A stretch of DNA of 64,000 nt from Candidatus Omnitrophota bacterium (GCA_028693815.1 JAQUUP010000008.1:5287-69286); one strand, 5' to 3'. Shown: positions 41,001 to 52,545, numbered from the stretch's first letter. Notes: generated from the sequence alone by a model not told the origin. Numbers and translations are program-made.

Positions 41001-42111
41001 AACAGAGATCAAAAAAGGTGTTATTTTCGCTAGCTGGGATCCCTATACGATTCCAATTATTTCAGAAGTCCAAGGCATTGTTAATTTTGAAGACATCAAA
41101 GAAAACGTAACTATTCAAGAAGAGCTAAATCCGATTATAGGTGTTACTGAACGTGTTGTTGTTGAGCATAAGCAAGAGTATCATCCGCAAATCATTGTTA
41201 CAGATTTAAAAAAAGAAGTGCTTGGAATTTATTCCATTCCAGTTGGAGCCCATATTCTTGTTCGAGATAAGAAAGAAGTTGGTGCTGGTGAGCTTTTGGC
41301 AAAGATTCCTCGTGCATCTGGAAAGACACGCGATATCACCGGCGGCCTTCCTCGTGTTGCTGAGCTTTTTGAGGCACGACGTCCAAAAGATCCAGCGGTT
41401 ATTAGTGAAATTGATGGGTTTATTGAGTTTGGTGAAGATCGAAAAGGATCGCGAAAGATTATTGTTCGAAGTCAAACTGGAATGAGCAAAGAATATGTTA
41501 TTCCACACGGAAAGCATCCTAATGTTTATAAGGGGGATCGTGTTTTTGCTGGTCAACAGTTAACTGAAGGACCAGTCGTTCCGCATGATATTTTGAGAGT
41601 TTCTGGAGACAAGGTTTTGCAGGAATATCTCTTAAACGAAGTTCAAGAAGTTTATCGCTTACAAGGTGTTAACATTAGTGATAAGCATATTGAATTGATT
41701 ATTGGACAGATGCTTAAGAAGGTTAAAATTGAAGAATCAGGCGACACAGAATTTCTTATTGGACAACAAGTTGATCGTGTTGCATTTAAAAAATCTAATG
41801 AAGCTGTATTAAAGAAAAAAGGTAAGCCTGCTTCTGCAACACCGCTTCTTTTAGGTATCACAAAGGTCTCTTTGTCGACGGAGAGTTTTATTTCTTCTGC
41901 AAGTTTTCAGGAGACGACAAGAGTCTTGACAGACGCAGCAACTTCTGGTAAAGTGGACTATTTACGAGGCCTCAAAGAGAACGTTATCGTGGGACATTTG
42001 ATTCCTGCCGGGACGGGCTTTAAAACTTATCATAATATAGAGATGGTTAAATATGCCGACAATAACACAGTTGATCAGGAAAAGAAGAACGCAGAAAAGC
42101 AAGAAGGGTAA
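38008..42111 (+). CDS. rpoC: DNA-directed RNA polymerase subunit beta'
   Basis: 1367 aa with the zinc-binding CNCGKYKG...CDRCGV motif, the catalytic [14 protein letters not shown], and the C-terminal [10 protein letters not shown]. Confidence 0.97.
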   Translation: MNEEKIYDSISIKLASPEVIMSWSNGEIKKAETLNYRTLKPEKDGLFCEKIFGPVRDWECNCGKYKGIKFKGIVCDRCGVLVTRSSVRRERMGHIELACPVTHIWFYKAVPSRLSALLQITLKDLEKIIYYEEYVVVDQGDTQLKYKQFLSEDKYQECLSKYGDSFKAKIGAEAILDLLQQVDLGVLCKQLRKDLDKANPAGTNAKKLAKTLKTAEDFKKSGNDVGWMVLKTLPVIPPDLRPLVPLEGGRFATSDLNDLYRRVINRNNRLKKLINLNAPEIIIRNEKRMLQESVDALLDNGRHGRPVLGSNNRPLKSLSDMLKGKQGRFRMNLLGKRVDYSGRSVIVVGPELKLHQCGLPKKMALELFEPFIIRKLRERGFVHTIKGAKRMVERAKNEVWDILDEVIQDHPVMLNRAPTLHRLSIQAFQPILVEGKAIQLHPLVCAAFNADFDGDQMAVHVPLSLEAQMECRLELLSINNVFSPADGRPLLSPTQDIILGLYYLTKDKIKGLGEGKLFASREEAIIAYHDGLIGLHSRIKLRLKDEKVWGEERPSLVIPEQQPSGEIEKKEPSKSIVIETTIGRIIFNNLLPKDFGFVNDTMAKKKVGAVISDCYKRFAQNSTVVLLDDLKDLGFRSATNAGISISISDMTIPEEKKVLVKNSKQEVAKVEDQHRKGIITARERYNKIIDIWTHTTESISDLVFKGMDPFNPVFIMADSGARGSRLQIRQLSGMRGLMAKPSGEIIENPIIASFREGLTVLEYFISTHGARKGLADTALKTADAGYLTRRLVDVAQEIVVTEEDCGTVNGITVSAIIEGDEVVVSLRERIVGRVALDNIVDIVTDQLVVEAGQEITEEKAEIIEQLGIEKVRIRSVLTCESERGVCIRCYGRNLATQRLVEIGEAVGPIAAQSIGEPGTQLTMRTFHIGGTASRSVEQSFIRSKNAGVVHYHKLRVVQKGDEYVVLNRNGTITVNDEFGREFERYPLLQGSTIKFSDGTEIKKGVIFASWDPYTIPIISEVQGIVNFEDIKENVTIQEELNPIIGVTERVVVEHKQEYHPQIIVTDLKKEVLGIYSIPVGAHILVRDKKEVGAGELLAKIPRASGKTRDITGGLPRVAELFEARRPKDPAVISEIDGFIEFGEDRKGSRKIIVRSQTGMSKEYVIPHGKHPNVYKGDRVFAGQQLTEGPVVPHDILRVSGDKVLQEYLLNEVQEVYRLQGVNISDKHIELIIGQMLKKVKIEESGDTEFLIGQQVDRVAFKKSNEAVLKKKGKPASATPLLLGITKVSLSTESFISSASFQETTRVLTDAATSGKVDYLRGLKENVIVGHLIPAGTGFKTYHNIEMVKYADNNTVDQEKKNAEKQEG

Positions 42112-42424
42112 ATCTCCTGCTTTAATGAATTGCCCGCAACGCCGCGGCGTTTGCTTGCAAGTTAAAACAATGACTCCTAAAAAGCCAAATTCGGCTTTAC
42201 GAAAGATTGCTAGGGTTCGACTTTCAAACAAGATGGAAGTCACTTCCTACATTCCTGGTGAAGGACATAATTTACAAGAGCATTCCATCGTTCTTGTTCG
42301 AGGTGGACGAGTTAAGGATTTGCCAGGTGTTCGATATCATATAGTAAGAGGAACTTTAGATACGACAGGTGTTAAAGGTCGTAAGAAATCGCGATCCAAA
42401 TATGGAGCTAAAAGAGAAAAGTAA
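42053..42424 (+). CDS. rpsL: 30S ribosomal protein uS12
   Basis: [12 protein letters not shown]...[10 protein letters not shown]...RGG(R)[10 protein letters not shown]. The start lies 59 nt inside the rpoC 3' end. Confidence 0.95.
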   Translation: MPTITQLIRKRRTQKSKKGKSPALMNCPQRRGVCLQVKTMTPKKPNSALRKIARVRLSNKMEVTSYIPGEGHNLQEHSIVLVRGGRVKDLPGVRYHIVRGTLDTTGVKGRKKSRSKYGAKREK

Positions 42425-42894
42425 TGAGACGACGTAGAGCAGAAAAAAGACAAGTACAGCCAGACCCAAAATATAAAAGTCAATTAGTTTCAACTTTTAT
42501 TGCGATGATCATGCTTGAGGGGAAAAAGACGCTGGCAGAGCGCATTGTTTATGGTGCTTTTGATTTATTAAAGAAAAAGACATCCGAAGAAGATGTGGTT
42601 AAAGTTTTTTCTAAAGCGATTGACAATGTTCGTCCAAGGAATCAAGTTAAGGCTAGAAGAGTCGGCGGGTCAACATATCAGATTCCAATGGAAGTTTCAC
42701 CTCTTAAGGGTAATTCTATTGCGCTTAGATGGATCCGAAATTTTGCGTTAGCAAAAAAAGGAAAACCAATTCAAGTTAAATTAGCTGATGAGCTTTATGC
42801 TGCTTTTAAGGGCGAAGGGCCAGCTGTTAAAAAACGAGATGAAACACATAAGATGGCTGAAGCTAATCAGGCTTTCGCCCATTTGAGATGGTAA
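42424..42894 (+). CDS. rpsG: 30S ribosomal protein uS7
   Basis: 156-aa S7-like sequence with TAATG overlap to rpsL. Confidence 0.95.
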   Translation: MRRRRAEKRQVQPDPKYKSQLVSTFIAMIMLEGKKTLAERIVYGAFDLLKKKTSEEDVVKVFSKAIDNVRPRNQVKARRVGGSTYQIPMEVSPLKGNSIALRWIRNFALAKKGKPIQVKLADELYAAFKGEGPAVKKRDETHKMAEANQAFAHLRW

Positions 42895-42900
42895 AACAGC

Positions 42901-44994
42901 ATGGCAGATAAACATACATTAGATCAAGTTAGAAATATCGGAATTATTGCGCATATCGATGCAGGTAAGACTACGACTACAGAACGTATTCTTTTTTATG
43001 CTGGCGTTATTCATCGCATGGGTACGGTTGATGAAGGAACAGCCGTTATGGATTGGATGGAGCAAGAGCAAGAAAGAGGCATTACGATTACTTCTGCAAA
43101 CACGACATGTTTTTGGCGAGATTGCAAAATTAATATTATTGATACACCAGGGCATGTTGACTTTACTGTTGAGGTAGAGCGTTCTTTGAAAGTTTTAGAT
43201 GGAGCCGTTGTTGTGCTTTGTGCAACAAGCGGTGTTCAACCACAAACAGAAACTGTTTGGCGTCAAGCAGATCGCTATAGTGTTCCACGCATTGTTTTTA
43301 TAAATAAGATGGATCGTCTTGGAGCAAGTTTTGACAATGTTTTAGGTCAAATGTATGAGCGTTTAGGTGCACATGCAGCAGCGATTCAATTTCCTGTTGG
43401 AGCCGAAGACGATTTTACAGGAATTGTTGATATTATTAGAGAAAAACTTATTACTTATGAAGATAAAGAAGGATCTAAAAGAGTTGAGCAAGATGTTCCT
43501 GAAGAATTAAAAGCTAAAACTTTAGAGTATAAGCATTTGTTGATTGAAAAAGTTTCTGAAGTTGATGATCAGCTGATGGAGAAGTTTTTAGAAGAGCAAG
43601 AAATTACAATGGAAGATCTTAATGGCGCGATCAGAAGAACGGTTGTTGCTAATACATTTATTCCAGTTTTGTGTGGAACAGCTCTTCGAAATAAGGGTGT
43701 TCAGATGGTCCTTGACGCTGTTTGCGATTATCTTCCGTCTCCTTTGGATGTCCCACCTGTAAAAGGACTTGATCCAAAAACTGAAGAAGAAATTATACGT
43801 CACCCAAAAGAGTCTGAACCATTAGCTGCATTGGCATTTAAGATTGCAATGGATCCTTATGTTGGAAAGTTATTTTTTACACGTATCTATTCGGGTAAAA
43901 TTGTTTCAGGAGTCCCAATCTATAATTTAACACAAGGTGTTAAAGAGAAGATTTCCAAGATCGTTGTTATGCATTCAAATAAACAAGAAATTATAAGCCA
44001 AGCGGGTCCTGGTGAAATTGTGGCGTTAGTTGGGTTGAAAGAAACGAAATCTGGAGATACACTTTGCAACGAATCTAATCGAATTGTTTTGGAGAGCATG
44101 AGAATTCCTGAGCCAGTTGTTTCTATGGCTGTTGAGCCTTTAACAAAGGCAGACCAAGATAAAATGGGAATGACTTTAAAGAAATTTTTGGATGAAGATC
44201 CGTCTTTTAGAGCAAATTATGATAAGGAAACAGGCGAAACTATTATTTCTGGCATGGGTGAGCTTCATTTAGAAATTATCGTTGACCGCATGAAAAGAGA
44301 ATTTGGTCTTGAAACAAAAGTTGGGCGTCCACAAGTTGCCTATAAAGAAACAATTACTCAAAAAGCAATGGGTATCACAGGAAAACATATTACTCAGTCT
44401 GGTGGTCGTGGTCAATACGGGCATGTTATCATTAATGTTGAGCCTCATGAGGAGAGAGGAAAAGGTATTACTTTTGTTGATAAAATTAAAGGTGGTGCAA
44501 TTCCTCGAGAATATATTAAGCCTGTTGAGCAAGGTATTCGAAGTGCTGCACTTACTGGTGTTTTGGGCGGTTATCCCGTAGACGGCATAGAAGTCACTCT
44601 TGTCGACGGTTCTTATCATGATGTTGATTCAAGCGAATTAGCTTTTCAGTTGGCTGCAAAGAATGCGCTGCACGAAGCTCTTCGAAAAGGAAAGTCTGTT
44701 TTCTTAGAGCCGATTATGGATATTGAGGTTGTTGTCCCAGAAGAATTTATGGGAACAGTTGTTGGTGACTTAAATACAAGACGAGCAAAAATTACCGAGA
44801 TGGGTAACAGAGGTGTTTTAAAAACAGCTCGTTGTGAGGTTCCGCTAGCAGAAATGTTTAATTATGCTGGTGCAATTCGATCACTATCTCAAGGACGTGC
44901 TACTTTTTCAATGGAGCCAGCTTATTATGCAGAGGTTCCTAGCTTTGTAGCCGAAAAAATACAAGGACGAAATACAGGAAAATCAGGCAATTAA
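42901..44994 (+). CDS. fusA: Elongation factor G
   Basis: [13 protein letters not shown]1 motif, [12 protein letters not shown] and 697 aa. Confidence 0.97.
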   Translation: MADKHTLDQVRNIGIIAHIDAGKTTTTERILFYAGVIHRMGTVDEGTAVMDWMEQEQERGITITSANTTCFWRDCKINIIDTPGHVDFTVEVERSLKVLDGAVVVLCATSGVQPQTETVWRQADRYSVPRIVFINKMDRLGASFDNVLGQMYERLGAHAAAIQFPVGAEDDFTGIVDIIREKLITYEDKEGSKRVEQDVPEELKAKTLEYKHLLIEKVSEVDDQLMEKFLEEQEITMEDLNGAIRRTVVANTFIPVLCGTALRNKGVQMVLDAVCDYLPSPLDVPPVKGLDPKTEEEIIRHPKESEPLAALAFKIAMDPYVGKLFFTRIYSGKIVSGVPIYNLTQGVKEKISKIVVMHSNKQEIISQAGPGEIVALVGLKETKSGDTLCNESNRIVLESMRIPEPVVSMAVEPLTKADQDKMGMTLKKFLDEDPSFRANYDKETGETIISGMGELHLEIIVDRMKREFGLETKVGRPQVAYKETITQKAMGITGKHITQSGGRGQYGHVIINVEPHEERGKGITFVDKIKGGAIPREYIKPVEQGIRSAALTGVLGGYPVDGIEVTLVDGSYHDVDSSELAFQLAAKNALHEALRKGKSVFLEPIMDIEVVVPEEFMGTVVGDLNTRRAKITEMGNRGVLKTARCEVPLAEMFNYAGAIRSLSQGRATFSMEPAYYAEVPSFVAEKIQGRNTGKSGN

Positions 44995-45028
44995 AAAAGA
45001 ATTTAGTTTTTAAGGGAGGAAAAAGAAC

Positions 45029-46222
45029 ATGGCAAAAGAAAAATTCGTAAGAAATAAACCTCATTTGAATATTGGAACAATTGGTCACGTTGATCATGGA
45101 AAAACAACTTTAAGTGCGGCAATTACAACAATTTTAGCGAAAAAAGGTTTAGCTGCGCTGCGTAGTTATGATTCGATTGATAATGCTCCAGAAGAAAAGG
45201 AAAGAGGCGTTACAATTAATATCGCTCATCTTGAGTATGAAACAGAAAATCGTCATTATGCTCATATTGATTGTCCAGGACATGCTGATTATATTAAGAA
45301 TATGATCACGGGTGCAGCGCAGATGGACGGTGCAATTCTTGTTGTTTCTGCAGCTGATGGTGCTATGCCTCAAACAAGAGAGCATATTCTTTTGGCTCGT
45401 CAGGTAAACGTTCCAAGACTTGTTGTCTTTTTAAATAAATGCGATCAAGTTGAAGACAAAGAACTTCTTGAGCTTGTTGAATTAGAGCTTCGAGAACTTC
45501 TTTCAAAATATAAGTTTGATGGAGATAATACTCCAATCATTATGGGAAGCGCATTAGATGCGTTAAATAATCAAGACGATGAAACGAAAACAAAGCCAAT
45601 CTTAGATCTTATGGCAGCTGTTGATGATTATATCTTAGCTCCAGAAAGAGAATTAGATAAGCCGTTTTCAATGGCAGTTGAAGATGTTTTTTCAATTTCG
45701 GGTCGTGGTACTGTTGCGACAGGTCGAATTGAAAGAGGTATTGTTAAAGTTGGAGAAGAAGTGGATATCGTTGGACTTCGACCAGAAATTGGAAAAACTG
45801 TTGTTACAGGTGTTGAAATGTTTAGAAAAGAACTTGAACAAGGACAGGCTGGCGATAACGTTGGGCTCCTTCTTCGAGGTGTTGCTAAAGAAGCGATCGA
45901 ACGTGGAATGGTTTTGGCCAAGCCAGGTTCAATTTCACCTCATACAAAGTTTAAGGCATCTGTTTATATTTTAACAAAAGAGGAAGGTGGGCGACATACT
46001 CCATTTTTTAAGGGATATCGACCACAGTTTTATTTTAGAACAACAGATGTTACAGGAACAGCACAGCTTCCGGCAGGCGTTGAAATGGTTATGCCAGGAG
46101 ATAACGTTGAGCTTGAAATTGAATTAATTATTCCAGTCGCTATGGAAAAAGAGCTAAGGTTTGCTATCCGTGAAGGTGGACGAACTGTTGGTGCTGGAGT
46201 TATTTCAGAGATTATCGCGTAA
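45029..46222 (+). CDS. tuf: Elongation factor Tu
   Basis: [22 protein letters not shown] and 397 aa. Confidence 0.97.
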   Translation: MAKEKFVRNKPHLNIGTIGHVDHGKTTLSAAITTILAKKGLAALRSYDSIDNAPEEKERGVTINIAHLEYETENRHYAHIDCPGHADYIKNMITGAAQMDGAILVVSAADGAMPQTREHILLARQVNVPRLVVFLNKCDQVEDKELLELVELELRELLSKYKFDGDNTPIIMGSALDALNNQDDETKTKPILDLMAAVDDYILAPERELDKPFSMAVEDVFSISGRGTVATGRIERGIVKVGEEVDIVGLRPEIGKTVVTGVEMFRKELEQGQAGDNVGLLLRGVAKEAIERGMVLAKPGSISPHTKFKASVYILTKEEGGRHTPFFKGYRPQFYFRTTDVTGTAQLPAGVEMVMPGDNVELEIELIIPVAMEKELRFAIREGGRTVGAGVISEIIA

Positions 46223-46235
46223 GATAAGAATAAAC

Positions 46236-46538
46236 ATGCAAAAAATAAGAATAAAATTAAAAGCTTTTGATCATCGATTAATTGATCAGTCAACCGAAGA
46301 GATTGTTGAGACTGCAAAACGGACTGGTGCTAAAATTTCTGGTCCTATTCCGATTCCAACAAAGAAAGAACTCTTCACGGTTCTTCGATCTCCAGTCATT
46401 GACAAGAAATCGAGAGAACAATTTAAGCTCGCAACACATAAACGTTTGATTGATTTGATCGATCCAACAGCAAAAACGGTTGAGGCGTTACGAAAACTCA
46501 ATCTTCCTGCCGGTGTTGACGTTGAAATAAAACAATAG
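46236..46538 (+). CDS. rpsJ: 30S ribosomal protein uS10
   Basis: Start at the ATG of [19 protein letters not shown] (101 aa). The upstream part of the track ORF overlaps tuf and is not coding. Confidence 0.92.
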   Translation: MQKIRIKLKAFDHRLIDQSTEEIVETAKRTGAKISGPIPIPTKKELFTVLRSPVIDKKSREQFKLATHKRLIDLIDPTAKTVEALRKLNLPAGVDVEIKQ

Positions 46539-46550
46539 GAGATTTTTCAA

Positions 46551-47258
46551 ATGGTTCGTGGTTTATTAGGAAAGAAGTTGGGCATGACTCAGATTTTCGA
46601 CAAAGACGGGAACGTTATTCCTGTCACGGTTGTTGAAGCAGGTCCATGCTATGTTCTTGAGCTTCAGGAATCTCCTGTTAAGATTAAACTTGGATACGGG
46701 GAAGTGAAAGAATCTCGACTTAACAAAGCTCAGTTAGGATTTTTTAAGAAGAGCGGCGTTAAGCCGTTGCGTATTATAAAAGAATTTGAAACGCAAGAAG
46801 GTGACGCCTGCGAAATTGGACAAGAAATCAAAGCAGATTTGTTTAAGTCTGGTGATTTTGTTGATGTGTCAGGTGTTTCTATTGGAAAAGGTTTTCAGGG
46901 TGGTATGAAGCGATGGAATTGGTCAGGTGGTCCGGAAGGACACGGATCAATGCATCATAGACGCGTTGGTTCTATTGGTTCAAGTGCCGATCCTTCACGG
47001 ACTATCAAAGGACGTCATATGCCAGGACATATGGGCGCTGAAAAGACAACGACGCAAGGATTACGCGTTATGGATGTAGATGCTGAAAATAATCTTTTGA
47101 TGATTAAAGGTGCGGTTCCTGGACACAAAAGAAGTTATATTGTTATTAATAAATCAAAGCGAAAAGTATTTCGTTCTTTGGATGAAAAGAAGGCAGTTCA
47201 TGAGGGCAAGAAGAATCCAATGAAACAAAGTAAGTCTAAAGCAAAGGGTAAGAAGTAA
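46551..47258 (+). CDS. rplC: 50S ribosomal protein uL3
   Basis: GLLGKKLGMTQIF... Confidence 0.95.
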   Translation: MVRGLLGKKLGMTQIFDKDGNVIPVTVVEAGPCYVLELQESPVKIKLGYGEVKESRLNKAQLGFFKKSGVKPLRIIKEFETQEGDACEIGQEIKADLFKSGDFVDVSGVSIGKGFQGGMKRWNWSGGPEGHGSMHHRRVGSIGSSADPSRTIKGRHMPGHMGAEKTTTQGLRVMDVDAENNLLMIKGAVPGHKRSYIVINKSKRKVFRSLDEKKAVHEGKKNPMKQSKSKAKGKK

Positions 47259-47259
47259 G

Positions 47260-47883
47260 ATGCCAGCTTGTATAGTACACGATATTAAAGGGAAAAAAAT
47301 AGAAGAATTTGATCTTCCAGAGATTATTTTTGGAGGACATATTAATAAAGCTGTTTTGCATCAAGCGATTGTGATGTATCAAGCAAATCTCCGGCAAGGC
47401 AATGCTTCAACTAAGGAGCGTGGATCAGTATCAGGTGGCGGTAAAAAACCATATCGTCAAAAAGGTACTGGTCGAGCTAGAGCTGGATCAACGCGATCGC
47501 CTTTATGGAAAGGTGGCGGAACTACATTTGGTCCTCTTCCGAGAGATTTTAATTATACATTGCCTAAGAAAATGAGAGACGCTGCTTTAAGGGCAAGTTT
47601 GAATGCAAAATATAGCAGTGACGATCTTGTTTGTATTGATAAACTAGCCGTTGAAACAGATAAGACAAAAGATTTTGCAAAAACGCTAAAAAGTTTAAAT
47701 TTAAGAGGTAAGGTTCTAGCGCTAGTTGATTTGGCAGATGAGAAATTAACTCGAGTTTCAAGAAATCTTCCATTTTTTAGCATGATACGTCCTTGCGATG
47801 TTACGGCGTATGATATTCTAAAAAGCAAAAAAGTTTTAATTACAAAATCTGCTTTTGAGCAACTGCTTAAACGGGTTACATAA
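47260..47883 (+). CDS. rplD: 50S ribosomal protein uL4
   Basis: KPYRQKGTGRARAGSTRSPLWKGGG. Confidence 0.95.
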   Translation: MPACIVHDIKGKKIEEFDLPEIIFGGHINKAVLHQAIVMYQANLRQGNASTKERGSVSGGGKKPYRQKGTGRARAGSTRSPLWKGGGTTFGPLPRDFNYTLPKKMRDAALRASLNAKYSSDDLVCIDKLAVETDKTKDFAKTLKSLNLRGKVLALVDLADEKLTRVSRNLPFFSMIRPCDVTAYDILKSKKVLITKSAFEQLLKRVT

Positions 47884-47943
47884 ATAAATATTTTCCGATT
47901 GTTAAACAAGATAAAGAAAATATAAAAGAAAGTTTTTTAAAAA

Positions 47944-48222
47944 ATGGCTAATAGCTACGATATTGTTAAAACATTAATTCGAACTGAAAAGGGAACTGTT
48001 CTAGAAGCAGAAAGAAAATATCTTTTTCAGGTTGATTCACGTTCGACAAAGGTTGATATTCAAAAAGCAATTGAGAATATTTATAAAGTTAAAGTTCAAG
48101 ACGTTAACACCATTATTGTTCCAGGAAAAAAGAAACGTGTACGTCAAGCTTTAGGGCGAACGCCAGACTGGAAAAAAGCAGTTGTAACGCTTAAAGAAGG
48201 AAGCAAAATCGAGGTAACTTAA
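47944..48222 (+). CDS. rplW: 50S ribosomal protein uL23
   Basis: 92 aa with [40 protein letters not shown]. Confidence 0.93.
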   Translation: MANSYDIVKTLIRTEKGTVLEAERKYLFQVDSRSTKVDIQKAIENIYKVKVQDVNTIIVPGKKKRVRQALGRTPDWKKAVVTLKEGSKIEVT

Positions 48223-49067
48223 TGGGATTAAAAAAATTTCGCCCAACAACAAATGCATTACGACATACTGTTATTTCTGATTTTTCTGAAATTACAAAGT
48301 CAAAACCAGAAAAGTCTCTTTTAACTCCGCTAAAAAAATCAGGAGGACGAAATAGTTACGGACGAGTGACTGCACGTTATCGTTCTGGTGGTCATAAAAG
48401 AATGTATCGCTTGATTGATTTCAAGCGTAATCGAATTGATGATCCAGCAATAGTGTTAGCTATTGAATATGATCCTAACCGATCTGCACGTATTGCATTA
48501 ATTGAATATTTAGACAAAACTAGATCTTATATTTTAGCGCCATTAGAATTAAAGGTTGGTAGCAAGGTTGTAAGCACACAGGATAAAAATGCTGAAATTT
48601 TGCCAGGTAACTGTATGCCCATTGAAAAGATTCCTCTAGGGACAGCTGTTCATAATATTGAGCTTTTACCTGGAAAAGGTGGAAAAATTGTCCGGTCTGC
48701 AGGAACATCTGCTCAGATTATGGCAAAAGAAGGACAAGAAGCGCATATTCGTCTTCCTTCTAGTGAAGTTCGAAAAATCAAAGTTAATTGTCGCGCAACT
48801 ATTGGACAAATTGGAAATGTTGAGCATGAATCAATATCTATTGGAAAAGCAGGCCGTTCTCGTTGGCTTGGTCGCAAAGGACATGTTCGAGGCGTTGCTA
48901 TGAATCCTGTAGATCATCCTCATGGTGGCGGTGAAGGAAAAAAGGCACAAGGAAGTCCGCATCCAGTAACTCCTTGGGGTAAGCCAACAAAAGGGTATAA
49001 GACGCGGGTAAAAGGAAAATATTCAGACAAGTTTATTATTCGAAGAAGAAAAAAAGGAATACGGTAA
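48222..49067 (+). CDS. rplB: 50S ribosomal protein uL2
   Basis: [19 protein letters not shown]...HPHGGGEGK. Confidence 0.97.
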   Translation: MGLKKFRPTTNALRHTVISDFSEITKSKPEKSLLTPLKKSGGRNSYGRVTARYRSGGHKRMYRLIDFKRNRIDDPAIVLAIEYDPNRSARIALIEYLDKTRSYILAPLELKVGSKVVSTQDKNAEILPGNCMPIEKIPLGTAVHNIELLPGKGGKIVRSAGTSAQIMAKEGQEAHIRLPSSEVRKIKVNCRATIGQIGNVEHESISIGKAGRSRWLGRKGHVRGVAMNPVDHPHGGGEGKKAQGSPHPVTPWGKPTKGYKTRVKGKYSDKFIIRRRKKGIR

Positions 49068-49070
49068 GAT

Positions 49071-49358
49071 ATGCCACGTTCAATTAAAAAAGGACCATAT
49101 ATCGCTGATCACTTGCTTAAGAAGTTAGAAAAAATGCAAAAGTCAGCACAAAAACTTCCTATTAAAACATGGTCAAGAGAATCGACTGTAACGCCTGATT
49201 TTGTTGGATATACGGTTGCAGTTCACGATGGAAGAAAGCATGTCCCGGTTTTCATTACAGAAAATATGGTTGGATACAAATTTGGTTCCTTTGCTCCAAC
49301 AAGAACATTTAGAAAGCATGGCGGCGTTAAAGCTAAAAAAGCTGCAACAAAGACATAA
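49071..49358 (+). CDS. rpsS: 30S ribosomal protein uS19
   Basis: [18 protein letters not shown]...[32 protein letters not shown]. Confidence 0.97.
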   Translation: MPRSIKKGPYIADHLLKKLEKMQKSAQKLPIKTWSRESTVTPDFVGYTVAVHDGRKHVPVFITENMVGYKFGSFAPTRTFRKHGGVKAKKAATKT

Positions 49359-49370
49359 AAGGGTATTGTT

Positions 49371-49709
49371 ATGATTGTAAAAGCAAAAGGAAGATTTATT
49401 CGAGTTACTCCGACTAAGGTTCGGCAAGTTATTGATTTGATTCGCGGTAAAGATGTAAAAACATCTTTGACAATTTTAGATCAATTACCAAAAGGGGCAT
49501 CTGATCGGATTAAGAAAGTTTTAAATTCTGCTGTAAGCAATGCTAAGCAAAAAGGTTTGAATGAAAATCAGCTTCTTGTTTCAAAAATCACGGCAGATTT
49601 AGGCTCATCGTGGCGCAGATATCGCTCTGCAGCATTTGGACGTGCAGTTGGAATATTAAAGAAAACAACTCATTTAACCGTTGAATTAGATTTAAAGACA
49701 AAAAAGTAG
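49371..49709 (+). CDS. rplV: 50S ribosomal protein uL22
   Basis: 112-aa L22-like protein at the conserved position. Confidence 0.93.
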   Translation: MIVKAKGRFIRVTPTKVRQVIDLIRGKDVKTSLTILDQLPKGASDRIKKVLNSAVSNAKQKGLNENQLLVSKITADLGSSWRRYRSAAFGRAVGILKKTTHLTVELDLKTKK

Positions 49710-49720
49710 AGAGGTATTCT

Positions 49721-50413
49721 GTGGGACAAAAAGTTAGCCCTATTATTTTACGCATTGGTTATATTAAAGATTGGCAAAGTCGTTGGTTTGCTGGAAAGAA
49801 AGAGTTTGCAACAAACGTTACTGAAGATTATCGAATTAGAAAGCACATTCAAAAGAAGTTTGCACATGCGGCTGTTGCTCAAGTTGAAATTGAGAGATTA
49901 AGAGGGCAAGTAAGAATTCGCATTAGTTCCGCGCGCCCTGGAGTTATTATTGGTCGACGAGGTGCTGATATTGATCGGCTTAAAGAAGATTTAAGTGGAT
50001 TGACAACAAAAGAACTTGCAATTGATATTAAAGAGGTTAAGAATCCGGCAATTGACGCGAACTTAGTCGCACAGAGTGTTGCTCTTCAGCTTGAAAAACG
50101 CATTGCTTTTAGACGTGCTATGAAAAGAGCGATCGACCAAGCAATGCAATCAGGTGTGCAGGGAATTAAAATTGGATGTTCTGGGCGTCTTAATGGTGCT
50201 GAAATGGCAAGGCGAGAGACGTATAAAGAGGGAAAGCTTCCTTTGCAGACATTTCGTGCTGATATTGATTATGGATTTGCGGAAGCACAGACTACTTATG
50301 GAACAATTGGCGTTAAAACTTGGATTTATCATGGGGATGCCATTTTAGATAAGAAAAAAGAAGAAGAAATAGAAGAACCAAAAATAGAAGAAAAGCAGTT
50401 AAAGGAAAAATAG
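49721..50413 (+). CDS. rpsC: 30S ribosomal protein uS3
   Basis: GTG start; MGQKVSPIILRIGYIKDWQSRWFA and a KH domain. Confidence 0.95.
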   Translation: MGQKVSPIILRIGYIKDWQSRWFAGKKEFATNVTEDYRIRKHIQKKFAHAAVAQVEIERLRGQVRIRISSARPGVIIGRRGADIDRLKEDLSGLTTKELAIDIKEVKNPAIDANLVAQSVALQLEKRIAFRRAMKRAIDQAMQSGVQGIKIGCSGRLNGAEMARRETYKEGKLPLQTFRADIDYGFAEAQTTYGTIGVKTWIYHGDAILDKKKEEEIEEPKIEEKQLKEK

Positions 50414-50417
50414 ACAT

Positions 50418-50837
50418 ATGCTTTTAATGCCAAGAAAAGTTAAGTTTCGAAAAGCTCAAAAAGGTAAGAATCGCGGTATTGCGGTAAGAGGAAGTCGTTT
50501 GACTTTTGGTGAATATGGGCTTAAGGCGTTGGAAAACGGCCTGATTCGGGCCAATCATGTTGAGACAGCACGTATTACTGTTGCTCGAAAAATGAAGGGC
50601 GTTGGAAAACTTTGGATTAACATTTTTCCATCAAAGCCAGTTACTAAAAAGCCAGCAGAAACACGTCAAGGAAAAGGAAAAGGGGACCTTGATCACTGGG
50701 TTTGCCCTGTGAAGCGAGGAAAAATTCTTTTTGAAATTGGTGGCGTTCCAGAAAATTTTGCAAAAACCATTTTCCGTTTAGTTGCATTTAAAATGCCAGT
50801 TCGAACAAAATTTGTTTCGCGTTCAGGACAGGTTTAA
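50418..50837 (+). CDS. rplP: 50S ribosomal protein uL16
   Basis: MLLMPRKVKFRKAQKGKNRG. Confidence 0.95.
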   Translation: MLLMPRKVKFRKAQKGKNRGIAVRGSRLTFGEYGLKALENGLIRANHVETARITVARKMKGVGKLWINIFPSKPVTKKPAETRQGKGKGDLDHWVCPVKRGKILFEIGGVPENFAKTIFRLVAFKMPVRTKFVSRSGQV

Positions 50838-50851
50838 TAAAGGTAAGTGTC

Positions 50852-51043
50852 ATGAATACAAAAGATTTAAGAGCTTTAGATATCGAAGAGCTAATTCAAA
50901 AAGAAAAAGTAATTAAAAAAGAATTATTCGGCCTAAATTATCAAAGAAAATTTGGAAAGGTTGAAAAACCTGCAAGATTTAGTTTGCTAAGAAAAGATGT
51001 GGCACGAATTAAAACTGTTTTAAAGGAAAGAAAAACGCAATGA
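50852..51043 (+). CDS. rpmC: 50S ribosomal protein uL29
   Basis: 63 aa at the conserved position. Confidence 0.9.
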   Translation: MNTKDLRALDIEELIQKEKVIKKELFGLNYQRKFGKVEKPARFSLLRKDVARIKTVLKERKTQ

Positions 51044-51303
51044 CCGAAAGAGCGAATAGAAGAAAAGTAATGACCGGTACGGTTATCAGCAATAAGATGG
51101 ACAAAACGTGCGTTGTTCAGATTTCTTGGCATGCTAAACATAAGAAATATCTTAAGCCTGTTAAACGATCTCAGAAATACAAAACTCATGATGAAAAGAA
51201 TGAAACGCAACCAGGAAATCTTGTTGAAATCATGGAAACACGACCCCTTTCAAAAGACAAGCGTTGGATCCTTAAGAAAATTCTAAAGAAAGAAGTTGAA
51301 TAA
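51040..51303 (+). CDS. rpsQ: 30S ribosomal protein uS17
   Basis: GTVISNKMDKTCVVQI... Confidence 0.93.
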   Translation: MTERANRRKVMTGTVISNKMDKTCVVQISWHAKHKKYLKPVKRSQKYKTHDEKNETQPGNLVEIMETRPLSKDKRWILKKILKKEVE

Positions 51304-51671
51304 TGATTTATATGGGAACAATTTTAAATGTTGCGGATAATTCAGGAGCACGCAAAGCGTCTTTTATAGGCGTTTTAAATGCTCATGGTCGGCGTTCTGC
51401 TCAGGTTGGCGAAATGGTGCGTGTGAATATTAAAGAATCGGCTCCTAGGGCTGGAATTAAAAAAGGTGAAGTTGTTAAGGCTGTTATTGTTCGACAAAAA
51501 TTCCCTGTACGCCGCGTTGACGGAACATATGTTAAATTTGATAGCAATGCAGTTGTCATTGTTGACGACAACGGTAATCCAAAAGGAACACGTGTTTTTG
51601 GACCAGTTGCTCGAGAATTAAGAAATATGGATTATATGAAAATTGTTTCACTAGCGCCAGAGGTTGTGTAA
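51303..51671 (+). CDS. rplN: 50S ribosomal protein uL14
   Basis: ILNVADNSGARKASFIGV... Confidence 0.95.
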   Translation: MIYMGTILNVADNSGARKASFIGVLNAHGRRSAQVGEMVRVNIKESAPRAGIKKGEVVKAVIVRQKFPVRRVDGTYVKFDSNAVVIVDDNGNPKGTRVFGPVARELRNMDYMKIVSLAPEVV

Positions 51672-51672
51672 G

Positions 51673-51984
51673 ATGATAAAAATTAAGAAAAACGATATTG
51701 TTGAAATAATTGCTGGAAAAGATAAAGGGAAAAAAGGAAAAGTTTTGCGTGTTTTTCCAAAAATTCAGAAGGCAGTTGTTGAAAATATTAATATCATAAA
51801 GAAAGCAAGACGCAAAACTCAGGAAGATCAAAAAGGTGGTATTGTTGAAATTGAGACACCGCTTAATTTGAGCAATCTGATGCTTGTGTGCAAACAGTGC
51901 AGTAAACGAATTCGGACGAAGATTTCAGTTCTTAAAGATGGAGCAAAAATTCGTGAATGCAAAAAGTGTGGAGCGGCAAATTAA
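51673..51984 (+). CDS. rplX: 50S ribosomal protein uL24 with an unusual C-terminal Cys4 (CxxC-x19-CxxC) zinc-ribbon-like tail
   Basis: KOW motif IKKNDIVEIIAGKDKGKKGKVLRV. The C-terminus is VCKQCSKRIRTKISVLKDGAKIRECKKCGAAN. The start is set at the ATG right after the rplN stop. Confidence 0.9.
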   Translation: MIKIKKNDIVEIIAGKDKGKKGKVLRVFPKIQKAVVENINIIKKARRKTQEDQKGGIVEIETPLNLSNLMLVCKQCSKRIRTKISVLKDGAKIRECKKCGAAN

Positions 51985-51985
51985 A

Positions 51986-52531
51986 ATGAAACCAAGACTT
52001 TTAGATCGATATCAACAAGAAATAGTTCCAAAGATTCAGGAAAAGTTTGAAATTAAGAATAAAATGGCTGTTCCTTGTTTAGAGAAAATTGTTGTTAATA
52101 TGGGGGTTGGCGAAGCGGTTGCAGATATTAAGATTCTTGAAGCTGCGGTTAAGGATTTAGGCATGATTGTTGGACAAAAACCGATTATTCGACGTTCTAA
52201 GAAGGCAATTTCTAATTTTAAATTACGAGAAGGGTTACCAGTTGGATGCAAGGTTACGTTAAGAAAGTTTAAAATGTATGAATTTCTTGATCGTCTTTTA
52301 AATATTGCACTTCCTCGAATTCGTGATTTTAATGGAGTTTCAAGGAAATCTTTTGATAAATCAGGAAATTATACGCTAGGCATTACTGACCAGTCAATTT
52401 TTCCTGAGGTTGAGCTGGACCAAATTCAAAGAGTGCAAGGAATGGATATCACGCTTGTTTTTAATCATGGCCCTCAAGAGCAAACATTTGAGATTTTGAC
52501 TCTCCTGGGGATGCCTTTTAGAAAGAATTAA
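51986..52531 (+). CDS. rplE: 50S ribosomal protein uL5
   Basis: Start at the ATG of [21 protein letters not shown], overlapping the rplX stop (TAAAATG region). Confidence 0.93.
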   Translation: MKPRLLDRYQQEIVPKIQEKFEIKNKMAVPCLEKIVVNMGVGEAVADIKILEAAVKDLGMIVGQKPIIRRSKKAISNFKLREGLPVGCKVTLRKFKMYEFLDRLLNIALPRIRDFNGVSRKSFDKSGNYTLGITDQSIFPEVELDQIQRVQGMDITLVFNHGPQEQTFEILTLLGMPFRKN

Positions 52532-52545
52532 GAGGAAAATTTAAT

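Noticed and set aside
38107-42243. Many 60-120-aa ORFs on the minus strand and in alternative + frames inside rpoB, rpoC, fusA, tuf, secY and other genes.
   Set aside because: They all lie antisense to, or out of frame within, strongly conserved long genes. They have no RBS context and low-complexity translations. They are typical AT-rich-genome artefacts, not overlapping genes.
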